Below, one piece after another: positions 15,782 to 24,489 of a DNA stretch of 24,621 nucleotides. The stretch's first letter is position 1. Every line of letters starts with the position of its first letter. The position numbers and the translations under genes are program-made. The notes under the pieces were generated by a model. The model searched no databases. It saw only the letters and a list, made by a program, of their open reading frames with translations, and was not told the origin of the DNA. Origin of the DNA: a bacterium (GTDB taxonomy: Bacteria > Zhuqueibacterota > QNDG01 > DSAB01); contig JAFGDT010000049.1 of assembly GCA_016931965.1 (NCBI GenBank), positions 1-24,621 of the forward strand. The letters run 5' to 3'.

Positions 15782-17214
15782 TGGGTAAGGTGAACGGATT
15801 TATGCTTTATCCGAGGGAAAATCCACCCAAGGAGTCGGTGGAGAGTCGCATTCATCATTTTAATGAATTTGAAAAAACGCTGTCACCGGATCGGATTAAA
15901 AAACAAGCTGCGCGCTGCATGGATTGCGGAATTCCCACCTGTCATAATTTCGGTTGTCCGGTTAAAAATCGTATACCGGAATGGAACGATATGGTATATC
16001 GCAATCAATGGAAAATCGCTCTTGACCTGCTTCATGCAACAAACAATTTCCCGGAGTTTACCGGTAGACTCTGTCCTGCCCCTTGCGAAACGGCCTGTAC
16101 GCTTTCCATTAATGAGGAGCCGGTGACCATCAAACATATTGAACTTCAAATTGTTGAACGGGGCTGGAAAGAGGGATGGATTGTTCCGGAACCTCCACTT
16201 TACAAGACACACAAGCGGGTTGCGGTTATCGGTTCGGGTCCTGCCGGATTAACGGTTGCCCAGCAACTTGTCCGGTTGGGTCATGAAGTGGTCATTTTTG
16301 AAAAATCGGATCGGATCGGGGGACTTCTTCGTTACGGGATACCCGACTTCAAGCTCAACAAGCAGTTGATCAATCGGCGTATGAATCAAATGCAAGAAGA
16401 GGGGGTTCAATTTGAAGTGGGTGTTGATGTTGGAATCGATATTTCAAGCCGGTATCTCCAGCGTTCATTCCAAGCTATTGTCCTGACAACGGGTTCAAAT
16501 GTGCCAAGAAATTTGGATATACCCGGTCGTGATTTGGATGGAATCCATTATGCAATGGATTTTTTGATCCTGCAAAATAAACGAATTGCAGGTGATCTTA
16601 TTTCTCAAAAGCAAGAAATGACAGCCAAGGGTAAAGATGTCGTCGTCATCGGAGGAGGGGATACCGGTTCGGATTGTGTCGGTGTCTGCCGACGTCAGGG
16701 AGCAAAAAGTATAGTCCAGATTGAACTTCTTCCTGTTCCTCCCCAGCATCGAACTCAATACAATCCGTGGCCCACATGGCCTAACGTCTTACGGACTTCA
16801 AGTTCACAGGAAGAAGGCTGTGAGCGGTTATGGGGCATTCTGACGAAGGCATTTGTCGGAGAAAAGGGGCGGATTTTTAAGTTACGTTGTGTACGCATCA
16901 AATGGGACGAACCGGCAAATGGAGGACAATCTCAATTTAAAGAAATTCCCGGTTCGGAATTTAAACTGTCCTCTGATCTTGTTCTTCTGGCAATGGGATT
17001 TGAGCATGTTGAACAGGGACCTTTGATTCAGGATTTACAGATATGTTGTGATGAAAAGGGAAACATCATCATCGATCAGAACGGGATGACATCTGTTCCC
17101 GGTGTGTTTGCCGGTGGGGATTGTGTCAGGGGTGCTTCTTTACTGGTTCATGCAATTTATCAGGGAAGACAGGTTGCAGAAGGAATTCATCGTTATTTAA
17201 AGTCGTCCGATTAG
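15781..17214 (+). CDS. gltD: Glutamate synthase small (NADPH) subunit, about 477 aa. ATG at 15781 overlaps the gltB stop (TGATG); the ORF track starts 3 nt earlier at a TTG.
   Basis: N-terminal Cys cluster (CMDCGIPTCH...CPVKN, CPAPCETAC). FAD/NAD(P) Rossmann motifs (VAVIGSGPAGL, VVVIGGGDTGSDC). SD GAAGAGG 8 nt upstream. Confidence 0.93.
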   Translation: MGKVNGFMLYPRENPPKESVESRIHHFNEFEKTLSPDRIKKQAARCMDCGIPTCHNFGCPVKNRIPEWNDMVYRNQWKIALDLLHATNNFPEFTGRLCPAPCETACTLSINEEPVTIKHIELQIVERGWKEGWIVPEPPLYKTHKRVAVIGSGPAGLTVAQQLVRLGHEVVIFEKSDRIGGLLRYGIPDFKLNKQLINRRMNQMQEEGVQFEVGVDVGIDISSRYLQRSFQAIVLTTGSNVPRNLDIPGRDLDGIHYAMDFLILQNKRIAGDLISQKQEMTAKGKDVVVIGGGDTGSDCVGVCRRQGAKSIVQIELLPVPPQHRTQYNPWPTWPNVLRTSSSQEEGCERLWGILTKAFVGEKGRIFKLRCVRIKWDEPANGGQSQFKEIPGSEFKLSSDLVLLAMGFEHVEQGPLIQDLQICCDEKGNIIIDQNGMTSVPGVFAGGDCVRGASLLVHAIYQGRQVAEGIHRYLKSSD

Positions 17215-17444
17215 GAAAAGGTCACATATTCAAATAGATCATCCCTATCATTCTACCCAGAGACGATTTGTATTGAGTAATCGCTCCCCTTTTAAAACTT
17301 TGCATTTTATTTTTACATCTAACAAGAACATTCAATATTTCATTTGTTCTTATTATTAGAGTAAATATATCTAAACCGTTTCTTGAGTTTTTGAAGGAAA
17401 TAGGATATAGAATAGAACCAGAAACCTGTGATTGAACAAAGCGA

Positions 17445-18665
17445 TTAGGGATCACGTTGCGTGTTTGATTGTATCAAAGCATCGGGCAAAAGTGTGTTTC
17501 GGTGATCTAAAAGAAATTGTATTTGGGCTTCAGCCCATATACTGTTTCCCTTAATATTAAAATGTGTAGGATCACTCACCCAATAGAATTCTTCTACTTC
17601 AGAGTCTTTAATACTTGGATATAATGCGGTGTATCCGTTTAAATAGGGGATTTGAAGTTCATTTGCCAATTCTTCAAGCACATCATGGGGTTTTGAAGAC
17701 CAAGTTCCCGAGAATTGAGGATAATGAGGGACACTTGTAAGCATCATTTTAACATCGTGTTCCCGAACCAATTTAGCAATAAGCTTAATGATATTCATTG
17801 AGAAACCGACATTTTGATTAATGGTTTCATTCCATTCATGAGATAACCAATCTGCTGAGCTGCTTTGTTCTGAATGCCAAGGCAACCAAGCGAAAGGTCC
17901 TTCTGATATATTGGCTACCGGTGACAGCAGTTTTGAGAGCAAACGGTAAAAAAGCATTTTTGAGAATAGAAAGTTATGAACACGTTGAAAAATTGAGAGC
18001 TCTATCGTTCCACGGGGAGTCAGTACAAATCGTTCGCGATCCTCTGCAGCAGATGGTAAAACGGCCGTTGGATACCCATGTTCGTCAACCATCAATCTAT
18101 GACGATATATTTCATCATTTGGGATGTCAGTCATATCAATATTTACGACAATTAAGTCGGGTGAATAATCAAAAACATGTTCCTTTATTAAAAGGTAATA
18201 GAGCAATGTTGAGTAACTTGATGTCCCGGTATTGATGACTTCAATATGAATTTCTTTTGGGGAATAGATTTCATTCAATTTGCTTTCAACTATTTCTACC
18301 ATATTTTCTTCATAAGGGACAACCCCTTGGACACTTGAATCACCGATGTAAAAGATACGATAGACACCTTGCTCTTTTTCCAATTTGATATCGTCGTATT
18401 CTATCCAGCTCTGGCTGTTTGTAAAAAAACGATACTGGATTCCTCTCGTTTCCAATACAATATCCAAATTGGGAACCCATTTGTGATTTATGATTGGATC
18501 AGAAATAATGGTCCCCTCACGAATGGATGAATTGATACCATTTGTATTCAAAAAAGAGGGTGCAATAACCCTCGTTATCCTTAATCCCAGTTCACAAAGG
18601 CCAAAAATAGCCATAATTACCAAAATTGAGAAGAAAAAGTTACGTATTATAATATGAATCTTCAT
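17445..18665 (-). CDS. SGNH/GDSL-family hydrolase with an N-terminal membrane anchor, 406 aa.
   Basis: N-terminal TM (FFFSILVIMAIFGLCELG). GDS(L)-type block IFYIGDSSVQG with catalytic Ser. Acidic/His-containing distal blocks. Visibly more AT-rich than the gltBD genes. Confidence 0.65.
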   Translation of the reverse strand: MKIHIIIRNFFFSILVIMAIFGLCELGLRITRVIAPSFLNTNGINSSIREGTIISDPIINHKWVPNLDIVLETRGIQYRFFTNSQSWIEYDDIKLEKEQGVYRIFYIGDSSVQGVVPYEENMVEIVESKLNEIYSPKEIHIEVINTGTSSYSTLLYYLLIKEHVFDYSPDLIVVNIDMTDIPNDEIYRHRLMVDEHGYPTAVLPSAAEDRERFVLTPRGTIELSIFQRVHNFLFSKMLFYRLLSKLLSPVANISEGPFAWLPWHSEQSSSADWLSHEWNETINQNVGFSMNIIKLIAKLVREHDVKMMLTSVPHYPQFSGTWSSKPHDVLEELANELQIPYLNGYTALYPSIKDSEVEEFYWVSDPTHFNIKGNSIWAEAQIQFLLDHRNTLLPDALIQSNTQRDP

Positions 18666-18989
18666 GATGATTTATTTGATCGATAAAAAGTCAATGCCAA
18701 ACAATGAGGTGACGCCAGATTGATTAATTTGCATTTGAAATAAATTTTTGTGATGCATCAAACCCATTTCAAGAATTGATTTGTTTAATTATCGGGTTTA
18801 TGTCGAAACTTATTAGATTATATCAAATTATTCTCAAAATATCAAGGATAAATTATTCAGCCAAGATAAAGATGATGGTGTTGCTCGGTACAATCTGAAT
18901 ACATATCCTACACTGAATCGGGTCGGACAATCCCGAATGATATTGGAAAATCCAATCCTTTTGATTGTGTTCGGGCACATAGAATCCTG

Positions 18990-19080
18990 AATGCTCCCAT
19001 GTTGTAGGAGCTTACCTGCTGATTCCTGCAACTGATCAGGTAAAACAAGGGGCAGAAGGAATCCATCGGTATTTGAAGCA
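18990..19080 (+). pseudogene. Degenerate relic of the 3' end of a gltD-like gene, encoding ...A-Y-L-L-I-P-A-T-D-Q-V-K-Q-G-AEGIHRYLK.
   Basis: Hand alignment to the intact gltD 3' end (17125-17205) gives about 70% nt identity over about 90 nt. It includes a 27-nt block with 3 mismatches (gcagaaggaatCcatcgGtatttGaag) and Leu-codon changes tta/ctg that keep the amino acid. There is no upstream continuation of the frame. Confidence 0.5.
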
Positions 19081-19299
19081 GTGTGGTGAAGGACAATATC
19101 TGTGTTTGTTACATCCTAAGAATTGATTGCAAGTATAAGGTTTCGAATATTTTATCATCAAACCTGGCAAGTCTTCAAGAACAGTCGGATTTTTCATGTC
19201 ATTTTTCACAGATCATTATAGGACAGATGAATCGTTATCCTTTATTTAAAGATAAAAAAGCAAATTATTCTTCATGTAAATATTTGTATGGATTTCAAC

Positions 19300-19803
19300 T
19301 CAAATGTTTATTAAACCTTTGATGCTTTCAAGAAACACCTCGGGTTTGTCAGGTGTCACAACGATTGTACGATTGGGGAATTTTAGAACGACAGCGCGCT
19401 TCGGGTCTGTGGCGAATGCACGATACGAACCGAGTTTTTTATTTCTAAACAGTCCGGCGAAACAGAACAAGCCCCCATTTCCCCATGTTCGAATGGATCG
19501 GGACATGGCTTCGGGATCCACTTCGATAGAAACAAGATCTCTCACATTCAACTTGGATTCCCATCCCAAACGATGGATGAGCAATGTGTCACCTGATAAT
19601 GCATACCCTCGAATCATGAAGAATGATGCAATGATGAGTATGGATAATGGCATCACAATCATGCCGAGAATCCAGAGTCTGTCTTTGTGCTGACCAGTGA
19701 AAATACCGATAAGAGGAATCCCGATGAGGATGATCGCACATAAAGCTGTTATGAATTTGAGTGCTGATCCCCACGGGGCTTTAAACGAAACATTGTGATT
19801 CAT
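19300..19803 (-). CDS. Membrane protein with a bacterial PH (bPH_2/YdbT-like) domain, 167 aa.
   Basis: Two N-terminal TM helices, then a soluble domain with the bacterial-PH-like pattern (GDTLLIHRLGWESKLNVRDLVSIEV). The start lies 8 nt after the stop of the upstream lipoprotein gene. Confidence 0.55.
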   Translation of the reverse strand: MNHNVSFKAPWGSALKFITALCAIILIGIPLIGIFTGQHKDRLWILGMIVMPLSILIIASFFMIRGYALSGDTLLIHRLGWESKLNVRDLVSIEVDPEAMSRSIRTWGNGGLFCFAGLFRNKKLGSYRAFATDPKRAVVLKFPNRTIVVTPDKPEVFLESIKGLINI

Positions 19804-19811
19804 CTTTTTTC

Positions 19812-20825
19812 CTATTCATGTGTGAAGTGATCTGTCAGAATCCGGTATAAAGCTCCCTGAAAGCAATTTTCAATTTCCTCTAAAGTTTTTGAACCGAATA
19901 TCAATGCAATGGCGATCGGGTCACTCCTGTAATCCGTATGCCCTTCATAGAATCCATAACGCATGATATAGTAGGGTGCCATCTCACTGAAGTGGATATG
20001 GGAGAGTTTGTTTTCCAATTCCATGAATTGCTGATCCGAAAGTGAGGAATAATGTTCCCTGAGAAATGATTTTTCTTCGGCTGATAACTCGGTTCTGATA
20101 TCAAAATCAAAATTGCCTTGAATCTCATCCTGAAAAATAGATATCTGCCATCCCTTTGATCCCTCGGCTTCAAGTGAGACTTTTCTTCCGTTGTAAAAGA
20201 ATTCTTGAATATTATCCCAGAATCTTACCCAATTCCCCAGTTCAATTTCTTTTAAGATGATATTCCAGACATGAAAAAGCGGTTTGGCCATTTGCGGATG
20301 GGTGAGATTTAACACCGAAACCAGCCGGTTGTCTCCTTTCAGGACAGAGATGATGTCTTCATCATCAGCCATAAAACCGGCTCCTGAAAATCTATCAGGA
20401 CGGCCGATGTAGGTGATCAGTGAAACAGGAAAACCGGTGATCATTTCCTTTTCGTCCAATTCCGATTCGGAATGCAGTCCGGTTTGGGCGAGTGTGGGAA
20501 AATCGCCTCTGTCAACCAATAGTTGCTGATCCTTTCCTAAAACATTTCCAACTCTTGTGCTGTAGTGCAGTGGAGTTCCATTTTCAACCGTAACCGGTAT
20601 CAGCGCATATCGATCATTCTTCAAATGTGCCAGCACGATCTCGGTTCCATCTTCGGCTGTGAATGGGGAAGAGATGTCGGGTAAATAATCGTAGGTATCG
20701 GGATAGAGATGGTATACATTCCGATTATAGTCGATTGTTGTCAATTCAGCCTGCGGGGGATAGGATAAACCAGATATGAATAAACATGAAGAAAAAAGAA
20801 ATAGGATTATCGTTTGTGTTTTCAA
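19812..20825 (-). CDS. Secreted lipoprotein of unknown function, 337 aa.
   Basis: Signal peptide with a lipobox-like LFSSC. No recognised family. Co-oriented with, and 8 nt upstream of, the PH-domain gene. Confidence 0.55.
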   Translation of the reverse strand: MKTQTIILFLFSSCLFISGLSYPPQAELTTIDYNRNVYHLYPDTYDYLPDISSPFTAEDGTEIVLAHLKNDRYALIPVTVENGTPLHYSTRVGNVLGKDQQLLVDRGDFPTLAQTGLHSESELDEKEMITGFPVSLITYIGRPDRFSGAGFMADDEDIISVLKGDNRLVSVLNLTHPQMAKPLFHVWNIILKEIELGNWVRFWDNIQEFFYNGRKVSLEAEGSKGWQISIFQDEIQGNFDFDIRTELSAEEKSFLREHYSSLSDQQFMELENKLSHIHFSEMAPYYIMRYGFYEGHTDYRSDPIAIALIFGSKTLEEIENCFQGALYRILTDHFTHE

Positions 20826-20971
20826 TTTTATATTCTCTCTTTTAAATTGAGTTTATATATGCATTTTCGGATAATCCTGATTGATATTGCAGTGTGGAAT
20901 CTAATTCCCCATCCCCAGAGGCTATGCCCTTGGGCAAATGTGTTCAATTTATCTTTTTAAAACTTGTTATT

Positions 20972-22108
20972 TTATCTGTCTGTTCTCCCATAAACATCCA
21001 CCTCCTGAATCTCTTTCAGAAATAAAGTCCTCGGACTGTTGTAAAAATTCATGAAATCATCGGGAAAGGGCTGTGTTGGCGTACCTGGAAAACTTCTTCT
21101 ATATGTATGGCGCCAGGTTAATACATAACCGACAGGGTATTTGGTCACGATCGGCAGCAATACAGTTGACCACCAGTCTGTCATACCACGCCTTGCGCCA
21201 GTTTCGCTCAATGCGGTTAATTTTCTTCTTGCAATGGCTTCCTCAGTGACAAATTTCAGCGCACTGTCCAGTTCGGCATTAAATTGCTCACCGCGGTCAT
21301 ACATATCGAGTGACAACATGTCGATGATGTCGTCTCCAGGATAACCTCTCAGATACTGTTCAAGGCTGGTCACCCTGTCGGTATTGTAGGCATACAGGAT
21401 GTTGTGCAATCCCCTTTTATCGCGCAAGAATTCAACCGTGTACCGCCAGAGGGTCGCATATTCCTCATCCGTGCAGATGGTGGTTCCCCACCAGAAGAAG
21501 CTACCCGAGTGTTCGTGGTAGGGCCTGAAAATAAAAGGTACGGGCGTGCCATTTTCGTCTTTTAAAGTACTGAAAAAATCGGCCAGACGTTCAAGCCAGG
21601 CATTAAACGTCTCGTGATTCTTTCCACCGGGAAGGATGGAGGCCACCACTTCTGTTGAACTCACATCCCAGGCTGTACCCCCCTGACGTCGGGCCTCGGC
21701 ATCAGGCATTTGAATGGTCAGGGGATTTTTGAGATGCCAGCTGATGGTGATGATACCGCCTCTGCTGTAATGAACAACGACTTGTTCGGCTATCTGTGCA
21801 AAATTGACCGAATCGATGCTGCGTTCGTCGCCCAATTCGAGATGTCCGAGTTCAAAACCAGCCACAGCGGGGTAATCCCCGGTAAAATCCTTCGTATCCG
21901 AACGGCCTTTTTCATACCACCACGTTCTGCCGTACATCAGGTCATCCTGATGTCCGTACATCATGCCTTTCTGCTGGAGCTCCCACACTGATTGAAAGAG
22001 CGTTATGGTTTCCGGTGTTGCGTCTCTGTCTGCCGGGACGGGTAAATTGGAGCCGCAACCCAATATTTCGATGCCAGTTATGATGAGAAGGATGAGTAAT
22101 TTTTTCAT
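20972..22108 (-). CDS. Glycoside hydrolase family 26 (beta-mannanase-like) lipoprotein. Start preferred at MKKLL (22108, SD AAAGGAGAAG) rather than the track start at 22165.
   Basis: Lipobox ILGC. GH26 hallmarks: GHQDD...YG near the N-terminus and the catalytic-acid block FRPYHEHSGSFFWWG (compare RPGHEMNGEWFWWG). Confidence 0.75.
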   Translation of the reverse strand: MKKLLILLIITGIEILGCGSNLPVPADRDATPETITLFQSVWELQQKGMMYGHQDDLMYGRTWWYEKGRSDTKDFTGDYPAVAGFELGHLELGDERSIDSVNFAQIAEQVVVHYSRGGIITISWHLKNPLTIQMPDAEARRQGGTAWDVSSTEVVASILPGGKNHETFNAWLERLADFFSTLKDENGTPVPFIFRPYHEHSGSFFWWGTTICTDEEYATLWRYTVEFLRDKRGLHNILYAYNTDRVTSLEQYLRGYPGDDIIDMLSLDMYDRGEQFNAELDSALKFVTEEAIARRKLTALSETGARRGMTDWWSTVLLPIVTKYPVGYVLTWRHTYRRSFPGTPTQPFPDDFMNFYNSPRTLFLKEIQEVDVYGRTDR

Positions 22109-22191
22109 GATCTTCTCCTTTTCAAATGTTGAAATTGATTCCATTTTCAATTGATCAGAATACATTTATTTTAACTTTACTTACTCTTGAC

Positions 22192-24333
22192 TTACTCTGT
22201 GACCACCATTTTTTTTATAGACTGAAAATCACCCATTTGTATCTTGTAGAAATACAGACCCGAAGAAAATCCGCTCGCGCTAAATGAAATTTCATATCGA
22301 CCGGGCTGGTATTTTTGATTGATTAAGGTTGCCACTTCCTGTCCCAGCAGGTTGTAGACCTTCAGTAAGACCAGGCAGGATTCTTTTACATCAAACCGTA
22401 TTGTAGTCTCCGGATTAAACGGGTTGGGGTAATTCTGGAAGAGGGTAAATTGGTCAGGGATTGCATTAACCAGGTTTGCGACAGGTGTACCACCATATAC
22501 ATGTACGTGGATGGGACGGCAGTCAAGTGTTAATTCTGTGGCAATGGTATTGGTGATTTGGCATATGTAGGATCCAGAGTCAGAGACAGTGATCGATTCA
22601 ATCCCGTAAGCTGAACTGTCTGCGCCGATGATTTCTATCCCGTCTTTAAACCACTGGTACTGGTTGGCTGTACCGCCGACTTGAACCGATAGGGTTAGAT
22701 TCTGACCTACAGCGACAGAGGTATCGATTGCCTCTCCCACGTTGTCCTGGGGATAATAGCCAAAATTCGGTATGCCGATATTGGGTTCGATGTCTTCGAA
22801 TGTGAAACGATTTTGAGCTATATCTAATGAATTCAGTGAAGACAGAGAGGACAGGTCGGGCAAATCATCAAACAGATTATCATTCAACTCCAGTGTGTGC
22901 AGTTGTGTTAAATTAATTAATGTTGATGGTATGCTTCCTGATAGTTGGTTGCCATATAACCTCAGCACTTGGCAATGGATAAGATTGCCCATTTCAGGGG
23001 GAAGAAAACCTGAAAACTGATTTGAGCTAAAACGAAATTCTTTCAGATTAATGAGACTCCCTATTCCTGGTGGAATGGGGCCTGTCATTTGATTGTTCGA
23101 TAAATCCAGGTTAATCAGATTTGTTAGATCCCCGATTCGAGATGGTATCGGTCCGGAGAGAAGATTGTTGCGCAAATAAAGATATTGGCAGAAAAATAGA
23201 TTGCAGATTTCAGAGGGAATCGAGTCTGTGAGCTGGTTTTCGGATAAATTAAGTGCTTGTAAATTGGTGAGATTGCCAATTTCTGCTGGGATGGATCCAG
23301 AAAGCTGATTGTCGTTTAATATCATCCACACTATCTTTGTTGCATTTTGAATTTCTTCAGGAATGGTACCATCTAACTGATTGTAGCACAAATAGAGATA
23401 GGTTAATTCGGTCATATTGCCGATCTCCGGTGGAATAGATCCACCAAGCTGATTAGTACTGAGCTCCAGATAGTATAGATTGTCCAGATTACCAATCTCA
23501 CCGGGTAGCGTACCTACTAAATTATTGCCGTGTAAATCAATGCGATACACCCGATCTTCTTCAATTGTGACACCATGCCATGTTGAAACCGGACCTGTCA
23601 GCCAGTTCGTATTGTTTGTCCAACTGTCACCGTTTGTGCTGTTGTATAATGCAACCAGTGCAAGCGAATCCTGCTTCATTTTCTGTTGAGTTATGTCCGA
23701 ATATAATTTGAAATCTTTAAGAAATCCTTTAAACACCAGGCTGGCTCCACCGTGGGTGATTCCAAAAGTATTATCATGATGATGATCAAGAAGGGCAGAT
23801 GCACTGTCAACGGGAGCGTCGTCCAAATACAGTCTGGCGATCCCTTCTGTGCTGTCGTAAGTGGCGGTCATTTCGTGCCATTCACCCAATGTAAATTTGA
23901 CGCTTGAACTGGGTGTTGCATCAAAATAGCCGCCCAGAAAAAGACCAACCGTTGTATCCGGATCGGTAAACAATCCTAACCATCGGTAGTATCTTCCGCA
24001 CATGATGACCGGTTTTCTACTCGTCACATCATTCACCTTGAATTTGACGCTTACTCCGAACGATTTGAAGTTAAAATCGGTAATTTCCGGAGTGATAGCA
24101 TCGCAGGAATCGGATTCCGTTCCTATGTAATTGCCGTTGCAGTAAATTCCGCCGTCTTGGAATGGTGTGTTGGTCAGATCCATCGGACCATAATTCCCGG
24201 TTGTATCGTTTGCCGTACTCGATAGGGGATAATGGGCGATGAGGGTTAATTTGTCGAGATTTTGAGAATGAGCAAAAGAAACGATAAAAATAAACGTAAT
24301 GAGACTGAATTTAAATGTGCCAGCTGTTTTCAT
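22192..24333 (-). CDS. Large secreted protein of 713 aa: signal peptide, LamG/concanavalin-like domain, about 10 plant-specific-type LRRs, an Ig-like domain and a T9SS (Por) C-terminal sorting domain.
   Basis: LRR consensus LxxLxxLxLSxNQLSGSIPxEIGNL repeated about 10 times. Ig-like YQWFKDGIEI...SGSYICQITN. C-terminal 80 aa (NYPNPFNPETTIRF...KVYNLLGQEVATL...YFYKIQ) match the T9SS CTD. SD TAGGAGAGA. Confidence 0.85.
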   Translation of the reverse strand: MKTAGTFKFSLITFIFIVSFAHSQNLDKLTLIAHYPLSSTANDTTGNYGPMDLTNTPFQDGGIYCNGNYIGTESDSCDAITPEITDFNFKSFGVSVKFKVNDVTSRKPVIMCGRYYRWLGLFTDPDTTVGLFLGGYFDATPSSSVKFTLGEWHEMTATYDSTEGIARLYLDDAPVDSASALLDHHHDNTFGITHGGASLVFKGFLKDFKLYSDITQQKMKQDSLALVALYNSTNGDSWTNNTNWLTGPVSTWHGVTIEEDRVYRIDLHGNNLVGTLPGEIGNLDNLYYLELSTNQLGGSIPPEIGNMTELTYLYLCYNQLDGTIPEEIQNATKIVWMILNDNQLSGSIPAEIGNLTNLQALNLSENQLTDSIPSEICNLFFCQYLYLRNNLLSGPIPSRIGDLTNLINLDLSNNQMTGPIPPGIGSLINLKEFRFSSNQFSGFLPPEMGNLIHCQVLRLYGNQLSGSIPSTLINLTQLHTLELNDNLFDDLPDLSSLSSLNSLDIAQNRFTFEDIEPNIGIPNFGYYPQDNVGEAIDTSVAVGQNLTLSVQVGGTANQYQWFKDGIEIIGADSSAYGIESITVSDSGSYICQITNTIATELTLDCRPIHVHVYGGTPVANLVNAIPDQFTLFQNYPNPFNPETTIRFDVKESCLVLLKVYNLLGQEVATLINQKYQPGRYEISFSASGFSSGLYFYKIQMGDFQSIKKMVVTE

Positions 24334-24489
24334 ATTGATCTCTCCTATGTTTTCAATTCATAGTGATTATTGGATCAGACTCCACATGTCTCCACATGTC
24401 TGGAAAAACTTGAGATCATTAATTGACTTTATGTTATTGAATGTGTTTTTCATCTTTGATTATATAACTGTAAAATGATGAAACATCCA

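Noticed and set aside
17921-18235. 104-aa + strand ORF inside the SGNH hydrolase gene
   Set aside because: Antisense shadow ORF.
19083-19322. 79-aa + ORF and small - ORFs (18834-19096) over the gltD relic region
   Set aside because: The region is explained as a decayed gene end. The frames do not extend the relic, and the K/N/I-rich translation is typical of AT-rich non-coding DNA.
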